This document shows, piece after piece, positions 58,119 through 64,000 of a DNA stretch of 64,000 bases. This DNA comes from Desulfatiglandales bacterium (GTDB lineage Bacteria > Desulfobacterota > DSM-4660 > Desulfatiglandales > Desulfatiglandaceae), in NCBI GenBank assembly GCA_963662465.1, contig OY759599.1, positions 4,000,001 to 4,064,000 of the forward strand, read 5' to 3'. Position numbers and translations under genes: made by a program. Within the stretch, counting starts at the first letter, position 1, and every line of letters starts with the position of its first letter. Below the pieces are notes generated by a model. The model searched no databases, was not told the DNA's origin, and was given only the letters and a program-made list of their open reading frames with translations.

Positions 58119-59918
58119 TCATGTCTCCTTCCGATGGGGCAATACATCGATGGGTGCAAATGGCGTGAGCATGGGTTGCTGGTAGAATGAGCGATTCATG
58201 ATGAAATGCTCCGGCGGCGTCTGGTAGAAGGTGTGATAGAAGCGATCGGTTTCGTCGGTCAAATGGAAATGACACCGGTCGGGATGCAGGATGTTGGCGA
58301 TTTGCATGAGTCCCAGAATCCACCTGGGATTCCCAAAATCCCAACCCGGTGTGATGGCGTGGATATGATGCCGGCATACCGCATCAACCCAGACGCCGTT
58401 TTTTTCGCAGGTGTGACGAAACTCGTCCTCGGGTGAGGAGAACAGACCCGAAATGAAAATGTATTCCGGATCCAGGTGCAGCAGCTCCTCTCTGGAGATG
58501 TTTACCCCCGGTTTGCCTGAACGTCCAATGGCCTTGTTTACACAATGCCCGCCGGCGGCGGCGACGAGCTGAATTTCAAAGCGTTCGGCATTCAGGGCGA
58601 AAAAGGGGGTACTCATGGCATAATAGACCCGTGGCCGCGGCTGGTCCTGGACGGCTTGCGTGACCCGGATGACCCGTTCCTGAATGTATGATGTGAGGAT
58701 TTTCGCCTGTTTGGTTCTGTCGAACCGACGTCCCACCTCGGCAATGAAGTCCAGATAGTTATCGATGCGGTTGATCTTGCCCTCAAGTTTGTGAATATCA
58801 TCATGTTCAATAACATTGCGCCAGACATGGGCGATATCCTCCTCCGAAGTGATGCCGAGGCATTCCGAGAGAGCCAGTATGATCTCAAGTCCCCGGGTGA
58901 AACGGTATCCGCCGCTCATGCCGAATTCTTCATAGGCCTTTTTTCGGACGGGTCCCGTCATGGGAATCTTGTGGCCGCGGGGACAAATGGCATCGGGCGC
59001 GCATGCCACCACCCGGCTGCCCATGGGTCCGTAAAATTCCCGGTAAATTATCGGCGTACCGCATTTTGGACACGGTGTGTGCAGATAGGAAGTTCCCGGC
59101 GTGTTGAAAAGATAGGTATAGGGCAAAACATGTCGTACCTGCCCGCACAGATTTTCCGCGGTCACGGCCGTGGGCTCCAGACGCATGGGGGCGTCTCCAA
59201 AAGGCAGGAACCGCATGATCTGAAACGGAATATCCTTTGAAATATTAGATATCTTATCCGCCGCCGCCATGACCTCCGCTTCATTTCCCTTGCTGTACAT
59301 GATCGAAATCTCAATGTGGATGCCGGCATCATAAAGGTAACGAATATTTCTGAATACCGGATCCGCGGAGGGTGCACCGCACCGGCCATAGGCCCGGTCC
59401 GAACCGCCTTTCAGTCCGCAGTTGATAAAATCAAGAACTTCGGCCAGTTGCGCAGCGGCTTCCGGGGTATGATAGATGTTGGAGGAGCAGCCCACGAGAA
59501 GCCCTTCCGCCTTGGCTGCTTTTCCCAGTGCAAGGAACGAGTGGTGACTGACAGTGGGGTCGTTCATGCACCAGACAATCCCTTCGCAGCCCATGGCTTT
59601 CGCTTTTTTGACCATCTCTTCCGGAGCGAAAGGTTTGAGAGCCGGTGCGAATCGATCGATATTGCGCGTAAAAAGACCCGAAACACAGCCTTTACATGCG
59701 AAATTGCAACCAATTCCGCCCAATTGAAGCAATTTGGCCCTGGGTCGGAAATGGGTCATGGGAATGGTTTCAATGGAGACCGGAATGGCCGCCATATGGG
59801 TAAAGGGGAAACGCTCGACCACGGCGCCGCCGTGATTTACATACATGTTGCAGCGGCCGTGGTCACCGGACCCGATTTGACAGCCGATTTCACAGATTTC
59901 ACATTTCACAATCGTCAC
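58119..59918 (-). CDS. Radical SAM protein (AmmeMemoRadiSam/PFL-activase-like) fused to a Fe/B12 binding-protein-like C-terminal lobe
   Basis: N-terminal CEICEIGC..C, CNFACKGC radical SAM motif, CPKC..C; C-terminus RPRVYY...AAAGG..V...ISREELLHLDPEYIF...LHPDR parallels the binding protein at 60580. Confidence 0.85.
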   Translation of the reverse strand: MTIVKCEICEIGCQIGSGDHGRCNMYVNHGGAVVERFPFTHMAAIPVSIETIPMTHFRPRAKLLQLGGIGCNFACKGCVSGLFTRNIDRFAPALKPFAPEEMVKKAKAMGCEGIVWCMNDPTVSHHSFLALGKAAKAEGLLVGCSSNIYHTPEAAAQLAEVLDFINCGLKGGSDRAYGRCGAPSADPVFRNIRYLYDAGIHIEISIMYSKGNEAEVMAAADKISNISKDIPFQIMRFLPFGDAPMRLEPTAVTAENLCGQVRHVLPYTYLFNTPGTSYLHTPCPKCGTPIIYREFYGPMGSRVVACAPDAICPRGHKIPMTGPVRKKAYEEFGMSGGYRFTRGLEIILALSECLGITSEEDIAHVWRNVIEHDDIHKLEGKINRIDNYLDFIAEVGRRFDRTKQAKILTSYIQERVIRVTQAVQDQPRPRVYYAMSTPFFALNAERFEIQLVAAAGGHCVNKAIGRSGKPGVNISREELLHLDPEYIFISGLFSSPEDEFRHTCEKNGVWVDAVCRHHIHAITPGWDFGNPRWILGLMQIANILHPDRCHFHLTDETDRFYHTFYQTPPEHFIMNRSFYQQPMLTPFAPIDVLPHRKET

Positions 59919-60568
59919 TCCTTTTTGATGATGATCCAGAATCCCGAATCATCGCTGATGATGTCGTATTGAACGGCGGCCGCATGCAGCGCCGCAATGA
60001 ATTTCCGTTTGGTGGAGTCTCCGAGGTTGCGGTCTCGGAACGACCGCCAATCCGGACGTATTGCCGTCATCTTTTCACAGATGCGATCCCGCAGATGGGC
60101 ATTGCCGAAACCGCCGCCCACGTATGACCTGCCGGAAGGCGCCAGTACACGGTGGATTTCCCTGAAGGCACGCTCCGGATTTTCCCAGAAAAAGATGGAT
60201 CCACGGCTGACCATCAGTTCGACGGCATCATCATTTAAGGGAATATGATGAACATCGCCGCGAAGCAGGGTGAAACGGCAATCATGCTTGGAAGCGGACA
60301 GACGCCTTTTCGCCTTCATGTGCATGGGCATGGAAGCATCCAGGAGGATCATCCTCAGGTCAGTGACGGCGGCCAAAGCCAGGGAGAGCAATCCCGGACC
60401 ACTGCCGATTTCCACGCAACGCCCCCTTGTGATTCCCAGACGCCGGACAATCTGGTTGGCTAAAATGGGATAGATGGGTGCAAAAATTTCAACGGCGGTG
60501 CGATCCATTTGCGTGGCGCCCGCTTCATCGAACCGTACTTCCCGGGTTTGGCTTGGTGATGTTTCCAT
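59915..60568 (-). CDS. Class I SAM-dependent methyltransferase
   Basis: VEIGSGPG motif I, GDVHHIP, SRGSIFFW, EIHRVLAPSG..YVGGGFG. Confidence 0.9.
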   Translation of the reverse strand: METSPSQTREVRFDEAGATQMDRTAVEIFAPIYPILANQIVRRLGITRGRCVEIGSGPGLLSLALAAVTDLRMILLDASMPMHMKAKRRLSASKHDCRFTLLRGDVHHIPLNDDAVELMVSRGSIFFWENPERAFREIHRVLAPSGRSYVGGGFGNAHLRDRICEKMTAIRPDWRSFRDRNLGDSTKRKFIAALHAAAVQYDIISDDSGFWIIIKKE

Positions 60569-60579
60569 TTGAAGAATCC

Positions 60580-61698
60580 TTATTTTCGAAGGTTCGGCGA
60601 GGGGTCGAGCAATTGATTCAGTTCAACATCGGTCATCCGGTAATGGTAAAAGTCCGCATAGAACCGGCGAGTTATATCCCTCAAATCAATATCCTGGAAC
60701 CTGTCCGGATGCAGTTTCATGGCCGTCCACAGAATGCCGAGGATGGTGCCCGCGCCCGGCGGGCGGTCAAACCAGCAGAACGGTCCGCGAGGGGTCAGGT
60801 AGATTCTGTTTGTCCGGACCGCTTCGATGCCCGCCCAGAGCGGATTCTTCCCGATGGCGTCATAGATCTGTCTTTGCTCCGCAATGATCACATCCGGGTT
60901 CCATTGAAGCACCTGCTCCATGGACACCTGGGTCAGGCCCATGCCCTGTTTCAGGGGACAATCCGCCACGTTGATCCCGCCGCACATGCGGATCAGGGCG
61001 GAATGACGCGATCCCGAAGGATCGGTGGAGAGGCCGTCCGGCCGTTCGGCATAGTAAACCCGCTTCCGGTCTTCTTGGGGGATTCCTTCCAGCCGATTGG
61101 AAACTATCCGCACGATGTCTTGATGAAATTTCACCAGTTCCCGTGCCTTTTTTGGGGTATTGAGGATATCTCCGATGAAGCGTATGGGCTCGTCCACACA
61201 TGAGATATGGTCGGACCCCGAAATCCCCACAACCGGTATGGCGCCGAATTTACGCTGTCGATCTTTGAGAATCTCCAGGCTTCCGCTACCCGGATGATCC
61301 AACATGGTTTCATACAGGATCACATCGGGCTGCATATGGATCATGGTTTCGTAATTGCCGCTCCATAACCCGAACCATCCCCCCAACACCGGAAGTGCTG
61401 CATACTGGGGCGGCATATTTCGTGTGTCCGGTTTGAAATTCCATCCCACCAGTTTTTCGGGGGCCAGCATATAAACAATGGTGGTTATGGGTGGGTAGGT
61501 GGAGATCACGCGGTGTATTTTTGTTGGGATTGTGATTTTTCGTCCGAGAAAATCGGTGACGACCCGGGTGGAAGTTTCCGCAAGGCATCCGGAGTTTCCT
61601 GAAATGATAAGAAAAAAGAGAACGAAGCAAAGGATTGCGGGTGAAAATAGCAGCCATCCATCCTTAAAACACGCGAACTTGAAGGTTAAGCGATTCAT
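60580..61698 (-). CDS. ABC substrate-binding protein (Fe-siderophore/cobalamin class)
   Basis: Signal region, VTDFLGRKITIP, RVYYAE, VSMEQVLQWNPDVII, PFCWFDRPP. Confidence 0.9.
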   Translation of the reverse strand: MNRLTFKFACFKDGWLLFSPAILCFVLFFLIISGNSGCLAETSTRVVTDFLGRKITIPTKIHRVISTYPPITTIVYMLAPEKLVGWNFKPDTRNMPPQYAALPVLGGWFGLWSGNYETMIHMQPDVILYETMLDHPGSGSLEILKDRQRKFGAIPVVGISGSDHISCVDEPIRFIGDILNTPKKARELVKFHQDIVRIVSNRLEGIPQEDRKRVYYAERPDGLSTDPSGSRHSALIRMCGGINVADCPLKQGMGLTQVSMEQVLQWNPDVIIAEQRQIYDAIGKNPLWAGIEAVRTNRIYLTPRGPFCWFDRPPGAGTILGILWTAMKLHPDRFQDIDLRDITRRFYADFYHYRMTDVELNQLLDPSPNLRK

Positions 61699-61778
61699 AT
61701 TTCAATAATCCGTAAAATAGAGATTGTAAATTTAGGAAGGCTGAGACCTGATCCATTTTATTGCGGAATGGAATACTC

Positions 61779-61799
61779 CATTATGAAATATAATGTCAA
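61779..61799 (-). promoter_or_regulatory. Promoter with operator-like palindrome upstream of the ABC operon
   Basis: CATTAT-gaaat-ATAATG (61779-61795) overlapping a minus-strand TTGACA (61794-61799). Confidence 0.5.
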
Positions 61800-62403
61800 G
61801 CAATTTTTCCCGAACCGGCTTTTTCGGGGGAAGATATCACCTCTTTGCCGGAGGTTGTTGTAAAGGGCAAATTCGCGGAGCAGGATTTTTTGAGTTTTTA
61901 AGGAGGTCACCAAAGTCTTATCACTTCCTGAACGATTCTTCTTGACATTCCGTTTGACTGCCTCTAACAAATACGGATAATTGTTTTATCCATACAAACC
62001 ATCGACGATCCGATGGAGGTTTTCATATGGTGTATCCCATTAAATGCTGCTCGTTCAACTCCCCCGGCGCAAGACACTTTAAGAAGCATTTAACCTTCAA
62101 AAAAAGCGACTGGTTTCAGGTGCCCCCCCCATATCTCAAAAGCATGGGTGCTTTGGCATAATTATTGCTTTTATGGGCAACACTTCATTTTGGATATTGA
62201 TGGGGCGAAATCCGTCCCTTCAATAACTTGTTCGGGTGAAAGGTTAAATCCTAATGGACTTTTGGAAAGACTTAACTTCAATAATACAAGCAGCAGTAAC
62301 AAGCATTGGAATTATTGTTGGTGCTGTATGGACTTATTTAATTTTCGTGCGCGAAAGATTAAGATTTCCAAAAGTTAATATCGACCTGATTATTGAAGAA
62401 ATC

Positions 62404-63764
62404 CTGATTATAACGGATTTGGGGGAACGCAATTGAAACCTCCCAATGACGCCGAAATCAGCAGATTTTGCAACCAGTTTTCGTGATACCTGAACTGATT
62501 GAGTCTCTCAGCGGGACTGCGCCAGTTATTATGTTTTTTGACAGTTCTGGGGTTGCAGGGTGCAAAATTGTAAATGAGCGCCCAACCTCTAATGCTGAAC
62601 TCGGCAGACTTTAGATTCCCATGAAAATATAAAGTAGAAAACAGATGACGATCCATTCTCTGCATTAACCGGTCTACCATATTGCTGGTTCTGTGACAGC
62701 CTGGCAAATCGTAAGCTTTGGAATACCTGCATAGGTTGTCTTTGAGTTTCGTTATCGGCTTTGACATAACGTCGGGCAGATGTTCTTTATTGGCCCACTC
62801 ATAGAGTCTTCGAACCTTTTGTGAAAAAGACGATTTTGTTTCGGCTTTGTAACAATCCCATACCTTGTCCGCAACAGTGTCGAAGAGTACTTTGTACTTT
62901 TTGCTGGCACGGTCACGAATTTTGATAAACACATGTAAAAAACAGCAAATAACAAAAATGCCCGTAAACAAAGATTCCCAGGCATTGATCGTTGCCTTCC
63001 ATCCATCGGTATTCACGGATTTCGGTGTATATGCAGGATCAAGATTGCAGGCTTCCTCTTTGAATTTGCCATAGGCTTCCGTCAGCCCTGTTTCATTCGC
63101 ATTTTCACTTACAGAAGCCCCCAATATACACTGACTACCGACAGTCGTTGCAACGTATACCTTCTCTCCAAGTAGGCGAGAGTGTTTTTCATCTGCTGAA
63201 AGATGTTCAGGCAAAAGCTTTGGATCTTTGATTGTCGTTCCCACAATGCTGTTTCTACCCAGGCTTTGTTCAATTCGATACCAAAACATCGGATCTTTTC
63301 CCAAGACATAGCTTAAAGCCCAAAAGGGAACGTTAAACTTTCGAAGAAAAATGCCTTTTTCTACATCGTCGGTAAAACCAGTATCATAGGGCATCACAAA
63401 AGATGGCCTGACCGTATACGCAATTCCATCAACTTCAATTCGTCTGGTGTCTATTTGCAATTTCTTCGAAGGTCGTCTATCCTTCATAAGATATCCCATT
63501 TGGATGCCTTGTGGAAATAGTTCCGGATTGCTTTTGATAATGACATCCAGCTCATTTCGAAAAATGTTTGGTTCTTTGATGACTTCCAAATATTTCTGTT
63601 GATCAAATGGAACAGTGATTGTACGATTTGCACGGGGAGTGGATTGATTTGCTGGAATTTTATTAGCCCTCTCTTTCTCATGGTTAGGTCTCCAACCAAA
63701 CCATAATTGAAAAGGGCTTTAATTCCCAGTAAATAATGTACTCCCCCAAATCCGTTATAACCAG
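62404..63764 (-). mobile_element. Complete 1361-bp insertion sequence, 23-bp TIRs, 8-bp TSD
   Basis: CTGATTATAACGGATTTGGGGGA versus CTGGTTATAACGGATTTGGGGGA (22/23); AAGAAATC at 62396-62403 and 63765-63772. Confidence 0.95.
62408..63589 (-). CDS. DDE transposase (IS256/ISH6/Mutator-like motifs)
   Basis: LSADEKH, VNTDGW, CCFLH (CxxH), RTSNMVD; its stop lies inside the TIR. Confidence 0.8.
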   Translation of the reverse strand: MEVIKEPNIFRNELDVIIKSNPELFPQGIQMGYLMKDRRPSKKLQIDTRRIEVDGIAYTVRPSFVMPYDTGFTDDVEKGIFLRKFNVPFWALSYVLGKDPMFWYRIEQSLGRNSIVGTTIKDPKLLPEHLSADEKHSRLLGEKVYVATTVGSQCILGASVSENANETGLTEAYGKFKEEACNLDPAYTPKSVNTDGWKATINAWESLFTGIFVICCFLHVFIKIRDRASKKYKVLFDTVADKVWDCYKAETKSSFSQKVRRLYEWANKEHLPDVMSKPITKLKDNLCRYSKAYDLPGCHRTSNMVDRLMQRMDRHLFSTLYFHGNLKSAEFSIRGWALIYNFAPCNPRTVKKHNNWRSPAERLNQFRYHENWLQNLLISASLGGFNCVPPNPL

Positions 63765-64000
63765 AAGAAATCAAAATTCAGAATAATGCCAGAATCGTTC
63801 ATGCTGAAGTTAAATTAAATAATATCGGACATGTATTACTTAAATCACACCATTCAGAATTACGATTACGTAAAATTGTACCAATACATGATGAGTTAAA
63901 ACCAGATGTTGAAAAAGGTTTTGATCCTGTTAGCAATGATAGAACAGAGCTCGAATGGCCTCTAATTGCAGGACGTGAATGGAAATGGGACGAAAATGAA

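Larger units (their letters stand above)
62254..64000 (+). pseudogene. AT-rich hypothetical gene with N-terminal TM, interrupted by an IS; continues beyond the window
   Basis: Removing the IS and one TSD joins ...IIEEI (62403) in frame to KIQNNARIVHAEV... (63773 onward), open to the window end. Confidence 0.85.

Noticed and set aside
61735..61756. GGCTGAGACCTGATCC resembles pieces of TPP or cobalamin riboswitches upstream of a BtuCD-like operon
   Set aside because: Wrong strand for the operon, and the other conserved elements and stems are missing.
62027..62161. 44-codon ORF with GGAGG RBS and nearby hairpins (MVYPIKCCSF...)
   Set aside because: No recognisable family or RNA motif; cannot be supported without conservation data.

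Overview
64 kb of bacterial chromosome, most consistent with an anaerobic, aromatic-degrading Desulfobacterota-like deltaproteobacterium (inferred from gene content only). From left to right it holds: a partial Old Yellow Enzyme gene; a TetR-regulated RND efflux operon; a MazEF-like TA pair; a CoA-transferase, envelope genes, an HD-GYP regulator and VapBC. Next is an ~12.7 kb anaerobic aromatic catabolic locus: ThiS/MoeB, a 4-hydroxybenzoyl-CoA-reductase-like three-subunit molybdoenzyme, IclR, UbiX, a Tm-1-like protein, an aryl-CoA ligase, a PpcB-like UbiD and LysR. No phenylphosphate synthase is present in the window. Then come mltG, a CoA-transferase/thiolase pair, Phd-VapC, an OYE and a three-gene signalling relay whose sensor has four periplasmic binding domains. 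An ~10 kb decayed accessory segment (42.3-52.3 kb) is bracketed by two reciprocally broken copies of a flavodoxin + histidine-kinase pair. It contains a 155-bp MITE with an 8-bp TSD and an internal REP doublet, DinJ-YafQ, a truncated transposase and several pseudogenes. The right end has a FecCD-type ABC importer operon with a methyltransferase and a radical-SAM/binding-protein fusion, and a complete 1361-bp IS with an 8-bp TSD splitting an AT-rich gene. The best candidates for undescribed biology are the UbiD/ligase/Tm-1/HCR locus and the ABC/radical-SAM fusion operon. I saw no rRNA, tRNA or CRISPR array. All product calls come from motif recognition without database searches.
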